The notes beneath the pieces were generated by a model that worked only from the letters and a program-made list of their open reading frames with translations, searched no databases and had not been told where the DNA came from. A stretch of 64,000 bases of DNA from NCBI RefSeq assembly GCF_964355755.1, contig NC_092673.1:31741648-31805647 (forward strand), in the 5' to 3' direction. Below, one piece after another: positions 36,501-50,632 of this stretch. The stretch is from Antedon mediterranea (taxonomy: Eukaryota > Animalia > Echinodermata). Both the position numbers and the translations under genes were made by a program. How positions within the stretch are numbered: position 1 is the first letter of the stretch; each line of letters begins with the position of its first letter.

Positions 36501-39500
36501 TTGTTTAGGAGTTTGGTTGATAGGATGGGTTTTGTTATTTATGGGCCAATCGTCTAGTAGTAGGCTAGCTAGGCCCATGGGCCCCATTGTTTTAACGTAG
36601 CCATCGTGGCATGGAATCCCTAGTCAGAATGGCTCTCGCCCATATTATTATTAGGCTAGGCCTAGAGTAGTATTGTACGTGAAGCCGATAATACGATCTG
36701 TACTATAGATAATAGAGGTATAAAAATAGTATAATTTATGACTCCGTATCTGTACTAAATTTTGTATTTCATTAAATGTCAAATAAATATATGCTACTAC
36801 TGTTATTATTACACTTTAGGCCTAGCTTAGAAAATCTACAAAAAATGTATTTCACAATGATTGGGTGGTCGTCGTTTGACAGAGGAGAGAGATGTAAATT
36901 AGTTGACAAACACAACGTACATGACGTCGCGAGTTTGGAATCCACTGGTGACGTGATTTTGTGAATATCTCATGAATATTAATGAGCTTCCCTAAGCTGC
37001 TGAAAAACAGACTTTCCATGAATTTACCCTAAAATGTATATGAAATTTAATTTTTTTAATTTCTCGTTATTACTTCTTCATTCTGACATGTCTATATTGT
37101 TATAATATTTTTTATTTAATAAATAAACGATATTTAAAACCAATTTTAAACCCAGAATCCCCCTTTAATGCAATGCAGTAACTTTAACAATGAATTATTA
37201 ATACTAATACTTTAGTAAATGATTAAATTAAGGTACAACGGGTCAAAGCCATATCTCATCAATATATAGGCCTAGCTAGGCCTAGCTAGGTAACATAACC
37301 GAAATTAATGGCGTCTCAATAGAACTTGGCCTAATAACATTAAATCTGTATGAGTTATTGATCAATAAATGTAGCGGAATGCAGCTTACCGAAAATAGCA
37401 AAGTCACCCGCTATCTGCAGTACATAAACAATTCAAGTAAATATAAAAAATTAAACAATATACGTCAATATCCTATAATAAAAGTCACTAGCTGTGATCA
37501 TACATCCTCTCCTCTCTAATGCAAGATACCTCTCTCCTCACATGGTCCTAAAATGACGTCATTTTCTTAATAATGCGCCCTCTCTAAATATAAACTAGTT
37601 TGGGACCAAACAGTTCCTTTGAGTACATGCATATTGTTTGATAATAAAATAGCAGAATTAAAAAATTACAGTACACAAATATTATGCACATTTTTTATTC
37701 TTGTGGGTCTAAGCTTTCTTTGGGCTATGTCCAATGAATTTACTACTTAGTCTAATGTCTTGCCTAGCTGTCGATTAGCCTCGACACATTTTGCATAGTG
37801 GTGTGTGTGAGAAGAAGAGTGCGCGAGCGCGAAGGCAATCACGTCACGTGAATTGACCTAGGATCCTAGGCCTACTGTAGAAAGAATCGTATCGCAGTTT
37901 AGTTGTGCTCACTTCTTGTTGCTATACGCTTGGGTGCACACGGAACAACAAATTTAACTGATGAATTATTCATGTTTATTTTGTGACGATATGTACGAAA
38001 AAAAAAATCGCGGCCGGGAGTTTTTTTCGTACATAAGTTGGGGACCCCCTCATGAAACGTCACAAAATAAACATGAATAATTCATCAGTTAAATTTTCTT
38101 GTTCCGTGTGCACCCAAGCGTATAGCAACAAGAAGTGATCGATACTTTTACAGTAGGCCTAGGATTCTAAGTCAATTCACGTGATTGCCTTCGCGCACTC
38201 TTCTTCACACACACACACACCACTATGCAAAATGTGTCGAGTCGATGCTAATCGACAGCTAGGCAAGACATTACACTAAGTAGTAATTCATTGGACATAG
38301 CCCAAAGAAAGCTTAGACCCACAAGAATAAAGAATGTGTATAATTTGTGTACTACTGTATTTTTTTAATTCTGCTATTTTATTATCAAACAATATGCATG
38401 TAATCAAAAGAACTGCGCGTATATGAACACATGAGATGGGAAGGTTAGACCCACGAGAACAAAAAATGTATTTTTGTGTAATGTTTATTGTTTAATTTTG
38501 CTGACTCTAACACACACGTCACACACACCAACACAGCTACTACTAGAATAGACATGGGTTTAGAGAATAGTAATTAGGCCTAATAGTATCAATAGAAACT
38601 ATAATTTTAACACGTAATTCTTTAGTAATAAATTATATTAAACACACCATAAACTAAAGGCTGATTATTTCGACAATCCACACTAAACGCCGCTATTCTA
38701 TTATGAAATCGCACGCGGCAACCACAGCGGAGATAGGCCTAGAATCGTACCGCACTTGTGTAAACTACTGTAATCACTTCTTGTTGCTATACGCTTGGGT
38801 GCACACGGAACAAGAAAATTTAACTGATTAATTATTCATGTTTATTTTGTGACGTTTCATGAGGGGGTCCCCAACTTATGTACGAAAAAAAAAATCGCGG
38901 CCGGCTATACTACTCTAGCCGGTTTCGATCCAAGTCGGCCCTAAACCGTCTCGGCCAAAGTCAAGTCGGCCCCAAGTCAAGTCGGCCTCAAGTCAACTCG
39001 GCCTCAAGTCAACTCGGCCTCAAGTCAACTCGGCCTCAAGTCAACTCGGCCAAAAAATAATCGGTCAAATCGGCCCCGTTAAAGTATGGAACGCAAAAAG
39101 TGCAAATGAAGGGGATTGATAAAATAATATTTCTTCTTTTTTAACTATGAATAATTCTGACTTTTAATGAATATTATTATTTAGACAATAATATATTTAG
39201 CAAAAAAAATAGGAATGATTTCACCAACTTTCCTTTAATTATTTACGTTTAATACAATTTCGTAGCTGAGCCTCCCTGCGCGTTTCCCAGCTTTTTCGAT
39301 ATCTACAACTGTTATGTGTTTTTGCTGACCGGGCGATTCCCCTTTTTTAAAAACGCAAATCATGCACAAAAACGATGTACGATCATTTTTTCTATGGCCA
39401 AATGGTGGAACGTAGGCCTCCGTCTTCGATTTCCTAAAATACGGTACCTGCACGTGTTTTTTTGTAACACGCGGGTACTTCTATTCATATCGGCAATGAG

Positions 39501-41145
39501 TTCATTTTTTTATAATTATGATATTATATTTTTTATTTCTTCATTTTTTTTAAAACGTGGATAGTAAGAATCGTAATAATATTAAGCACTTTTTGCGTTA
39601 CATACTTTATTGTGGCCGAGTTGACCGATTAGTTTTTGGCCGAGTTGACGTGAGGCCGAGTTGACTTGAGGCCGAGTTGACTTGAGGCCGAGTTGACTTG
39701 GGGCCGACTTGACGTGGGGCCGACTTGACTTTGGCCGAGACGGTTTGGGGCCGACTTGACCTGCACCCCTCTAGGTCTGGACTACTAGCTAGGGTCTGGA
39801 CTACTGATACTGAATAGGTTACATGGCCTAGCTTAAACTAATATTAAAAACTTAATTTTTACATTTATTTTGAATTATTTCAAGTTACAGTGATAATATT
39901 ATTTAATTGTAATAATAAATGTTATGTATTTATTATACACATGTTATCTTCGCATTTATTATGTTTTATTTTGAGTTATTTAGTTTCCAATAAATTATTA
40001 TAATACCGATTGTCTGGTAGAATTTTGTTGCGCAATTTGAAAATTTACAGTTCGTTTTCAAATTGCGCAAAGGTGTCATATTGCGCAAGAACTATCTTGC
40101 GCAATTTACAAATTGTGCAGCGCAATTTAAAATTGCGCAAAGATTTTCTTGCGCCATTTTAAATTGCGCAAGAATTGTTTGCGCAATTTCAAATTGCGCA
40201 AGGATTTTTTTGCGCAAATCGTTCAAATCGCGCATAACATAACCACGTTGTTCTTCACTAATAGCGAGCTTTCGTTTTAGTACGGAAGTAGTTCAGTACG
40301 GTAATTTGAACCGAAATGTGATCTACGCATGCTCAGAAATTTAAGACTCGCCGTAGCGCTAAATTTCAGAACGGTAGTGAGAAGAAATAGCGTCCTGTCT
40401 GAAACGAACATTCAGCTGTGTATTTTAATACAAAGGACACGATGGAAGCAGTATCGTCAAAGGCAAAGCAGTTTAATCAGTCGTTATTATAGCTTTATGT
40501 AATCAAACATAGACTAGGCTATAGCATATTAAATGAATGTTCATTAATGTAGTGCTCTAGATCAGTGATGCCAAATATAAAATAAAAGGCGAAAGGCGAA
40601 AATCGTTATGTCTAAAGATACGGTACCGTATCCATACTTTTAAAAACTAAAGGTACGGTAATTATAGAGGGCGCTATGTAATGTGGATGTTAATCAAATA
40701 CTGGTTATTGCATTGGTTTTCTGCAAGCCAGCTGTGTAGCCTAGTGGGCATGTGACGAGGCTTTGGCTTAAGGGGTTGGGGGTTCGATACTCTTCTTGAC
40801 GTCTTTTTTTAATTTTTTTTTTATAGTTTTTAATTTAAGAGAGATTATTTAGAGGGTTAGGTTTTTAATATTTAGGAAGGAGTTTAATATTTAGGAACGA
40901 GTTTAATATTTAGGAACGAGTTTAATATTTAGGAACGAGTTTAATATTTAGGAACGAGTTTAATATTTAGGAACGAGTTTTATATTTAGGAACGAGTTTT
41001 ATATTTAGGAACGAGTTTTATATTTAGGTACGAGTTTTAGGAATGCAATTTTACCGTACTTTTAGCAAACGGAAGCGCCCTCTATAATTACCGTATCTTT
41101 AGTTTTTAAAAGCATGGATACGGTACCGTATCTTTAGCAACGGCG
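33519..41145. repeat. Segmental duplication, right (ancestral-context) copy
   Basis: Same sequence as 1..7627. Here the nested elements continue intact on both sides: MITE left end at 29173, Harbinger right end at 47570. Confidence 0.97.
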
Positions 41146-41977
41146 TAAAAAAATTGGCTTAGAGATTCGGCCTAGGGCCTAGGCCTAGCCTAGCTAGCCT
41201 AGGCTAGTAGTAGTATAATAGAGGGCAAACCAGTGGCCTAATCGAACTAACTAGCCTAGGGCCTAGCTGCGATACCCTAGCTGCTGGCATTTAGGCTATC
41301 CCTACACGGTCCTACAAATAAACACAACTTGCACAAATAGGAGGTCTAGATACGTAGGACCCCCTACTCAATAGATGACAGAAAATGACAAGTTCAATAA
41401 TATTGATAAAAACTAGCTAATCAAATTATCTTCAATTCAATCCTGCTTTGCTTAAAACAAAGGAGTTGTTTACTTTATTAGATTTATAACAACTCCCTGC
41501 CAATGTAGCTTAAAGTATTTATCTTATTGTCATACAATATAAGATATATGTAGATAAGCTTGTGTACATTTTATTATTTTTATCTTGATTTTTTATTTAT
41601 TTTTTTTTCAAAACAGGCAGAAGAAATTAACACAAAAAAGAGTACAAACCGGTTAGTTAGATCTTTTTGGATAATTCAATAGTGCTCACTTTTTTACATT
41701 TATTTTAATATATTATTATTGTAAACTTTTTTTTTGTATGCATAAAACATATAATATTATATATTAGTATGCTTTTTTCAGTCTGAAATAAATGTGTTAT
41801 CAATGTCAATCAATATTAGCATTATTAATTGTATAAAGTGGATAGTTCATTCAAGCTATATTATTTATTTTCATTTATTACTTCATTAGATTAAAAACTC
41901 CTACACTGAATTGATGAGAAAAATATTACATTAAAAAACACTATCATAAATTATGTGATTTTATTATTTATTTCAGC

Positions 41978-42775
41978 ATGATCTGGGACAACCAAAAGGA
42001 TCAGATTCTAATAGGAGAAGTAATCTTGGCTAGACCTTTTCAGTCCAAGAAGGGCACAACTGAGCGGGGAAAGGCATGGCAGGCTGTTGCTGATGCAATG
42101 AAGGCCCGTGAATACAAAGTTGACAGGCGGGCAGTGCGAGATCGCATATCTAATTTGATGGATAAGGTGAAAGGAAAAAATAACAAAGAAAAGGCAGCCA
42201 GTGGAATTGCAGTGGAGGAGACAGATGCAAATAAGGGAAAGTATTGAAGAATTCATCCAAGAAGAGGAGGATATAGAAATGTTACCAAAGGAAAGAGGAG
42301 ATGAAGAGAAGAAAAAGGCTGATGGTGCAGAAATGAGAAACATTTGGAGAAACGCGGAAAAGGTAATGCCAAATTTATGTAAAATGTAGAGGCAGATTAA
42401 AGTGTTTTTTATCCCCCTCTTCCTTAGTTTAGTTCTTATTTTTGTAAATTTATTTTTAGGCTTGATGTTGAAAGTAACACACCAAAAAGAAGGAATAGTG
42501 GGAATGACACAATCGGTATCATTAAAAAAAAAATGGAGATAGATCAGCAACTTCGAAGGGAGGAAATGGAGAGAAAAAAAGAGGAAGAAGAACGAAAGAG
42601 GGCAGAAGACAGAGGAAGAGAAAGACGATTTGAGGCCTTCCAACAGCAACAACTGCAACAACAACAACAAATGCAGCAGCAAATACTTCAACAACAGCAA
42701 CTCTTGCAACATCAAAACCAGCAAACGCAAACACTGATGATGGCATTTCTTAAGTCCATGGAAAAGAAAAACTAG
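41978..42775 (+). pseudogene. Harbinger Myb/SANT-like DNA-binding protein with coiled-coil and polyQ tail, frameshifted
   Basis: W..D..L..EV....PF..KKGT.ERGKAW..VAD..KVDRRAVRDR..EKAASGI. Frame change near 42220-42245, intron ~42363-42460, last exon E/R-rich then polyQ. Confidence 0.8.
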
Positions 42776-45268
42776 ATCCTTGATATATTTTTTTATTGTG
42801 CTAATCTGTGCAATATACTTTCTACTATAGTTGTTTTTATATATATTTATGTGTTTATTAATGCATGCCTTTATTTATATATACTTATACCATTGTTTCT
42901 TTCAATCTATTAATTATTATCTTGAATGTTTTGAATACCATTGATGCCAAAGAATATGTAGTTTAAATCAAAGAAGTTTTGTTTCTATATGAATGAGCAT
43001 TAACAAAATATAATTAATACATGCTTTTCAATATCAATAAATAGAAACATTTATTTACCTTACGACGTTTTAACATAATACCGGTAATTCAGCTATCACT
43101 TTAGTCACAATTACAATAATTTACATTTTAAAAATACACTAAATATTTGTTCTATTGCAGGTGTATCTTTAGTGTTGGTATGTTATATACAGTTAAGTGT
43201 TTAAGAGTTTTCCAGGATTTTTATTTAAACTGGAACCATTTTATTTCTTTAAATCTATTAAAGGTTCTCTTGTATTACAGTTAGATGTTTATGAATGTAT
43301 ATATGTATATGGTTACAATAAAAATATTTATATGAATAACTTCTTAAATTTAAATGGAAACAGTTATTTACTTTATAATTATACAATTTTTAATAAATTC
43401 AATATCACTTCTATCACAATTATTTACAATAATTTAGAAAAAAAAATACATTCATTGAAAATATTCTTCCAGCGATGGCGGTTCAAGTTCAAAATAGGCA
43501 GATGTATTGTTCTTATACACACATGTATGTGCATTTGTAAGTATTCCAGAAACAATGTACATTTTGCCACATGCACTCAATTGCACTTTCTGAGACTTCT
43601 TATAGTCTGTAAATTTAAATATATTTACAATGTCACCAAATAGCCATTCAACGCTAATTCTGACTTTGGACATTGCCGCGTTGAAGGCCACTTGTTCTGG
43701 TGTTATTCGTACCGTCGGGAAAGGTGCTTGCAATTGTGGGCGCAATGGGTACGCAGGATCACCATACACGCACAATACATTTCCCTGTGGATCATGTGAT
43801 CTGGCCTCAAGCTCTGTCAACAGACCCGATTCACGAAGGAGAAATGCATCATGTCTCTTCCCTTCCACAGGTCCATATAGGTGAGCTATGAGGCCATTGG
43901 GAGCTGTCACTGACTGGAATTTCATGGCATGGATTCTTTTGTGACCATTATACATAACTTGTTGATGCTGATTTGGTCGGCATATTGGCCTTACGGTTCC
44001 ATCAACGAACCCCCAACAGTTCCTCAAAGCAGCACCCTTTGTGTGTGTTGCCTCAGAAAATTCCTGTAAATGTTGTGGGGATAACCATGGCTGATCTAAG
44101 GATGAGATCCGATGTCTATGGATGTCGAAGATGTAGTTGGTCATCCACTTAAACGCCAAGTAAAGCTGTGGTACTGAACGTCCATAGTCCTTGATAAGAT
44201 CTCCATATCTACAAGGATATGCATACCTTTGGAGTGTGATGCACAAAGCCTCAAGTCCATCAATTTTCGACTTATTCTCCAGAATTACAGTTGGTGGCAC
44301 CCCCAAAGCATGTTTCAGCCGGTAGATATCATTTTTCTGGAATCTAAGGGAAATAATAATACACAGTATATTTTAAATCTCATAATAGATAACATACATG
44401 ATACTGGACATGTTATGGGCATCATATATTAATTTAATATTTAATCAACATTTATTACTAAATAGTAGCTTCTGTAGATAGTATAGTAGCCTACTAGGGC
44501 TATACATAAAAGAAAGCAATACCTTCAAGGTATATGGAAGTATAATTGTTAGTAACCAATGTTAAATGTATTTAAGCTTTATAATGCCTTAACGTTATCT
44601 AGCCCTACCTAGTAGTAGATTATAAATTGATAAATAAAGTGCTACCCTGATTTAGCCTGATGGTCGGCTTACCTGAAATAGCTGTTGCATTCATCATCGT
44701 TGAATTTATCCAAGTTGAATTGATATTCATCACTTTTATACTGAAAATCAGGATTACTTGGGGAATTCATACTATACAACATAATGAATTCTTCCTCGTC
44801 CAGAACATCTGATATATAGCAGGCCCGTAGCCAGGGGGGTTTTTTGGGGTTCGGGCGAACCCCCCCTTTTGCGCGAAATGCGAACCCCCCTTGAAAAACA
44901 AAGGCCCCACTTCCAAAATCGTGCAATTAATTATCAATTATAGCAGATTTTTTGGTCATTTTACTTCTATTGACTATGTTTAAATCGATCGAATATACAG
45001 ATTGTCCGATGTCAAAGTCACTGCTGAGCGTGATATCGAGAGATTGTTGAGAGATGATGGTTACTAAATATGACAGAAAAATGGACTGACCAATCGCGTG
45101 CTTCGGCCGGGCTTTTCGGAACGCACAAGATCACGTTCAGTTCAGTTCAATCGTTTTGGGGATTTTTATTTTTTTCCTGGAAATATTTTTCATTAAACCA
45201 AAGAATTTCACTCTTTAAACTTGAATAAAAATGGTGCTGAGTTAAATTGGTACGTGTACGTAGGCCTA

Positions 45269-46981
45269 CCGTATATTTCGGTGTATAAGACGCACTTTTG
45301 ACACGCAAATTTGACCTCTAAATGTAACCCTAATTAATTTAATTACCTACTAATACTTAAATTAATTAAAAATAGTGTAGGCCTACTACTCTGCAATGTA
45401 GGCCTAGCTAGTTACTCACTCCTGTCTAACCACAGTGTGGTAACAAGTTTATTGAATTTTTAGTTAAGGTAAATTGTCATCCTCGACTGTATTAATTAAT
45501 ATTACAGTACGCATTAGATATTCTACCCAGGCCTAGCAATACTCTCTGAACTCGCGGGTGTGTATTCTAGCAGCATGCAGCATCATCACAGCGCAACACA
45601 TTTATGGAAGAGTCCATTAATTACGGTGGTGTCACATTTTATTTATTTACACAATAACTATTTCCCTTGATCACGGTGGTTTATTTTTATTACATCTCTA
45701 TGTCAACAATCACATAATTTTATAATCATGTAGTCAATAGTTCGTATGTCAAGCGATATCTAAAAGAGTGTGTTGTTATTGTGTTAAGTAGCTTCCCCTA
45801 ATCTTATAGTGTATATGGCCAACAGTGCTGGCCACCAGGCAAGGAGCACATGGTTAGTGCTCTCTCCTCATATATTGCTGTAATGCATGCATGGAAATAG
45901 GAAAGATTTTCATATAGGCCTACCCAACATGATATTCCTGGTTTATTATCAGCCCAAAAAACTGAACATCATTTGGATTGATTTTATAATGGTCATACAC
46001 GTCCACACAATAAGAAGGTATATATTTAAATAATATGAAATTAAAGTTACTTTTAAAGACCCCTTCCCTGCAATTTTGGACGTTTTTTGGAAAATAATAC
46101 ATATATATCACTTTAAAAACATTAAACCATGTCATTCCTTGTCTTAAATGTACGTTTTATGGTAAATTATGATAAAAAGTGAGAAACAATGCACTACCTA
46201 AGTAGCTCGCGGCGATCGACTTCTCGTGGACGGTTTTGTAGGCCTAGCTGGTAAACATCGATAACGTACGAACATCGTACGCTAGCTATATACCTAACCT
46301 GACGTTGTATAGTTGCTGCATTAATTGTCTTTCTATTTTTGCCAGACTCCGTTGATACAAATTGGGGAAAACCCGGTATTTTCGCTGAAAAGTTAGGAGT
46401 CTTCCATTTGTTTTGGCTTCACGATCGATCGAAAAGTGGGCGAATTACAGGTGAAAAACAAAAATATCAATCCGCGCGCAATGCATTTTGGGATTTATAG
46501 CGGGCCGCTATAATTAGAATCGATTTATTTTTCACATTTTTAACCGTTTAAAGACGAAAAAAGTTATCGCAATAGGACCATATAGTATTATTTTTACATT
46601 AAATATAGTTTGTGATCTTAAATTAAATCTAAAAAACGTAGGGAATGGGGCTTTAAATAGACATAGGCTAGCCCTACCCACACAGTGCATCGTAACTGAA
46701 ACAATATGGGGATTTCCCTTTTCATTGAACGTTCAGTTGAAGTAGAGACTGATTACGATGTAATAAAGGCAATCAAACAAAATTATATCATTTGATTCTA
46801 ATATGTCTCAAATATCGTTGTTTTATTATTAAAATACCATTGTTTTGATTGTAAAATGTTTAAATTTCGGCCTAGAAATAAGTGCGTCTTATGCATCGAC
46901 TACATAAAAAATACTAATATTTCAGTCTCCGTTATGGGTGCGTCTTATACACAGGTGCGACTTGTACACCGAAATATACGG
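45269..46981. mobile_element. pogo/Tigger-like (Tc1/mariner) MITE
   Basis: TIR CCGTATATTTCGGTGTA with TA on both flanks and a subterminal TATAAGACGCAC motif. Confidence 0.85.
46057..46652. mobile_element. Kolobok-like MITE
   Basis: TTAA flanks; AGACCCCTTCCCT / AGGGAATGGGGCT imperfect TIR. Confidence 0.65.
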
Positions 46982-47621
46982 TACTATTTGTTTTTTATGT
47001 TTATAGGATAAGAAATTACTTAGGGCCTAATATAATATACTTTTTTGCAACAATAAAGCTGTATTTCATGATCAGTACTACTAACTTCCATACTGTACTA
47101 TATAATTTCTCTGCATAACCCAAATTTTAGTGGGTAAAAAATGTCTCTGTAAGCTTATTAAAACAACCGAAATTGCTCTGAGAGCCAAAGCTTCCAGGGG
47201 GCGAAGCCCCCTGGACCCCAACCGGGGGCCCTTGGCGGCCCCCTGGCCCCCAGCCTACAGTTGCTCGCTGCGCTCGCAAAATACTTGGTGTCAAGAAAAC
47301 CCCCCTCTGATGCATTCTGGCTACGGGCCTGTATAGGCAGCAACAAGAGCATCTCGTACCCTATGTAGGTTCGCCATGTTGTGAGATGCTGAAAGTCGAG
47401 TCAACTGATGATGGTACCTGATACATCGCGCACATGTTCCCGTCGCGCCCGTGAACAAAACGAAACAGAAACAGACATGACGGGAGCCTAGTAAATGAGT
47501 ACGGTCACGGTTGGTTAAACCGGCCGTACTGCACGTTTACCCATTTACCGTACTAAAACGAAAGCTCGCTATTATGATAGAGATCCTGCTGCAGACTGTC
47601 TGCCATGCGGAATGTCTGCCA

Positions 47622-47790
47622 GGCGGTATGTCCGCCAGAGGAACACATTCTCGACGATACCATTTTTTTAGAGGGAAAAATATTTGTACTTTGTTTCTGT
47701 AATGTCTGCAAGGCGGTATGTCTTCGAGGGGAACACGTTCCTGACGATACCATTTTTTAGAGGGAAAATATATGTATTTTGTTTCTGTAA
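47622..47790. repeat. ~88-bp tandem duplication
   Basis: GGCGGTATGTC..GACGATACCATTTTT..TTTGTTTCTGTAA occurs twice. Confidence 0.8.
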
Positions 47791-48934
47791 GTAAATTGCG
47801 TTACTAAAGCGTTACTTTTCCTAGAGTTGCGTCGACATATCCAAATGGCAGTTTGAAAGACCATTATTATTATTAATCCGAGGTGGTTTGTATATCGAAT
47901 CTTTTCTGTTCCGTTTTTATATACAATATTTTTATCAGTAGAATATTCAGTGAATCTAACCTGTTTCTTGCAGGCGGTTTATACCATATCTTACTCTTAG
48001 ATCTCCACATAAAGAAGCGGATAAATACATTAAAAAATAACATAAAACTATAACAACCTTAAAAAAACAAATTAATGCTAGACATCACACAACGTAGGCC
48101 TAAAAAATAACTGCATTGTCCGTAGGAACGGCTGAAAACCGTCGCCGGTGGCCATCCTTTGCATGTAACTATTATTAACTAGCATAGCTAGGGGCCTCCT
48201 GCGCAGCATACGAAAAATATTACGGTAGTGTTATACTACTGTGTAGGCCTACTACATTGGCCATTATTTACCGAATTACTGTATATCTTCATAATTTCAA
48301 AATCATATTAATTTTTCATATCATTTTTATTGTTTCACAGAACATACAGTAAAAAACAGATCACAAGAAAAAGACCAATTGTTAAAAATGATGTACGAAT
48401 CTAAAAAAAAAGGCTTTTTATAGGCTGAGTTTCCAAAGGACATTAAACATTACAATGTAAAACATAAAAATACTTCCTAAACTTAAGATATAATTTATAA
48501 ATTCCATAGGAGCAATTAAGCGTATTAACTATCATGCATATTGATAGATTGACTTATTGTTTGTATTTTTTAAAAGAAAGTTCGGATAATAATTTAATGT
48601 TTAATCAATGTAACCGTCATTATGATTATTGTTTTAAATACACCCTAATTAAAGTAGCATATCTTTCAGAATACTACAAAATACTGTAGCAGAAATTATT
48701 ACAGACAAACTGTAAATTCAAGCATACTGCACCCTTCAACCACGGAGGTAAAATAGATACCTCCATGCTTCAACACAGTGCATTTAATTAAGACATTTGT
48801 AATACTGTAAAACGATAGGCTTGCAGACGAATGGACAAATGATATCTCCAAGCAAAAATAAGGTTAAGTTAGTAAAAATTGATAAATTAGGTTATGAAAA
48901 TATTCATGCCTGTATCTACTATTCTTTTTAATAT

Positions 48935-50632
48935 TTTAAATCAACCAAAATATCAATGTTGATTGTAGAATAATCAACTAAATCCAAGGTAGAAATCTTA
49001 TCATTAATTCAATGTTGAATTCGCGTTGAGATAACATTAGTAAACAAACGTAGGCGCGCCTAATTGTATTGATTGAAAATACGGCATCATTTCAAACGTT
49101 AACCAATGTGAAAACATGTTGTCATTTCAACCAAAATTGTCAACTGGATTTCAACGTTAAATTAAAGTTTATAAAAAAACATACTAACTTGTTTAAAACA
49201 CAATCTAATTTTTAACCTTTATCAATGTTGAAAACATGTTGTCATTTTAACCAAAAATGCCAACTAGATTTCAACGTTGAATTAACGTTAAAACAAAGTT
49301 GATAAACAAACGTGTTATTTGTTAAAATCATGTTGCCATTTTACCCACCAGCTCGATTTTAACGTTAAATAGTCGTTGAAATGAGATTGATAGAGAAACG
49401 TAAATGGGGTTAAAACATAAAAACATAATTTCAACTTTTTTTTCAATGATGAAATGTTGCCATTTTAACCAAAAATGCCAACTCGATTTTAACGTTAACT
49501 TAACGTTGAAATGAGATTGATAAAGAAACGTAATACTGTAATGGGGTTAAAACATGCCATCATCATTTACAACCTTTATCAAAGAATATATATCACAAGA
49601 ATGAGTATTCCGCGATTTTTGCATGAGAAATTTGTAACAGAGAGCTCCAGTGAGTGATGCCCGCCCTCATAAGGGCGGATGTATACATACTAAATAAGAC
49701 TTGATTTAATAGATATTATACATGTCACATTAAATAGAATTATGATAATAGTTTTTGCAATTTTAAACTATTTTATAATACATATTTATTAACAAACTAG
49801 TGTACATTCACTTTTACAGACAATTATTTACTAACATGCTAAGTTAGTTCACAAAAAAGGCCTAACACAGCAACACCAAAAATCAATGAATCGTTACTCA
49901 GCATGGCCTATTCTTTACCATTGCCGTGTACTACTCTACGCCCGGTAAATTAAGTATTGTTTTTATGATATAAATTAGTATAAAATACATGTTATTAATA
50001 GGACAAAATGTTAAATGTTATTAACATTTATTTGTTTTACCAGAAACAAGTTAAATATAGGAATATTATTAAACAATCCTTCGTGAAATCGCGTAAACAC
50101 CAACACGCCCGGTCACGCTATCGTAGCGCCCGGTTGATAAAGCAAACTGTTTATACGGCAGTTTTTACTAAATAAATTGCATAAAACGAACAATTAAATA
50201 TCCAAATAGTATTTAACATGAAGTTGGCATGTAGTTGATAACATTTTTTATCATGAAAATACTACCGGTGGTCTAGCCTTTGATTATTGAAACCGTCACA
50301 AAAAGTTGTATACATCCCAGATACATCCACACTTATGGCGGCGCCCTACCACATGGACAATATTACTGTTACAGGGAAAATCGCGGATTACTCATTCTTG
50401 TTATATATATTCTTCTGCCTTTATTCAATGATGAAAACATTGTTAAAAAACACTACCTACTTTCAATTTTTTGAAACACATTATTTTAACCAAAATCAAC
50501 TGGATTTAAACGTTAAATTAACATTGATAAATAAACGTTAACGGTTAGTTATAAAGATAATTTTCAACATTGAATCATCGTTTTGAATACGCTGTTAACA
50601 TGATGTTGAAATGATGTTCTGTGCCCGATGGG
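48935..50632. repeat. Degenerate TTTCAACGTTGAA-rich tandem repeats, probably a CACTA-like MITE arm ending GTGCCCGATGGG
   Basis: Repeated ~115-bp units (CATGTTGTCATTTTAACCAAAA..GATTTCAACGTT). The other end was not found. Confidence 0.5.
49580..50417. mobile_element. P-element-like MITE
   Basis: TIR of ~40 bp, CA(G)AAGAATATATAT.ACAAGAATGAGTA.TCCGCGATTTT, with 7-bp TSD CCTTTAT (49573-79, 50418-24). Confidence 0.8.

Larger units (their letters stand above)
44820..47331. mobile_element. hAT-like MITE with 5-bp TSD
   Basis: TIR CAGGCCCGTAGCCAG; TATAG at 44815-19 and 47332-36. Confidence 0.88.
43452..47377 (-). pseudogene. Harbinger DDE transposase (HARBI1-like), exon 1 interrupted by a MITE
   Basis: ATG at 47377 gives MANLHRVRDALVAAY|ISDVLDEEEF..SYFR, in frame once 44820..47331 and one TSD are removed. 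Intron 44672-44344. Exon 2 44343-43452 has GFVDGT, YNGHK, YGDPAYP and RISVEWLFG. Confidence 0.92.
40263..47570. mobile_element. PIF/Harbinger transposon with convergent Myb-like and transposase genes
   Basis: Perfect 23-bp TIR AGCGAGCTTTCGTTTTAGTACGG / CCGTACTAAAACGAAAGCTCGCT, flanks AAT/ATT, and the two-gene content typical of Harbinger. Confidence 0.92.

Noticed and set aside
42008-42730. 240-aa hydrophobic minus-strand ORF
   Set aside because: It is the antisense of the E/K/Q-rich Harbinger accessory gene.
43452-44306. Domesticated host HARBI1 gene
   Set aside because: It lies within perfect TIRs with a Myb-like partner and is disrupted by an insertion.
48341-48862. Possible small plus-strand exons
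   Set aside because: They are too short, have no recognisable product and cannot be linked into a gene.
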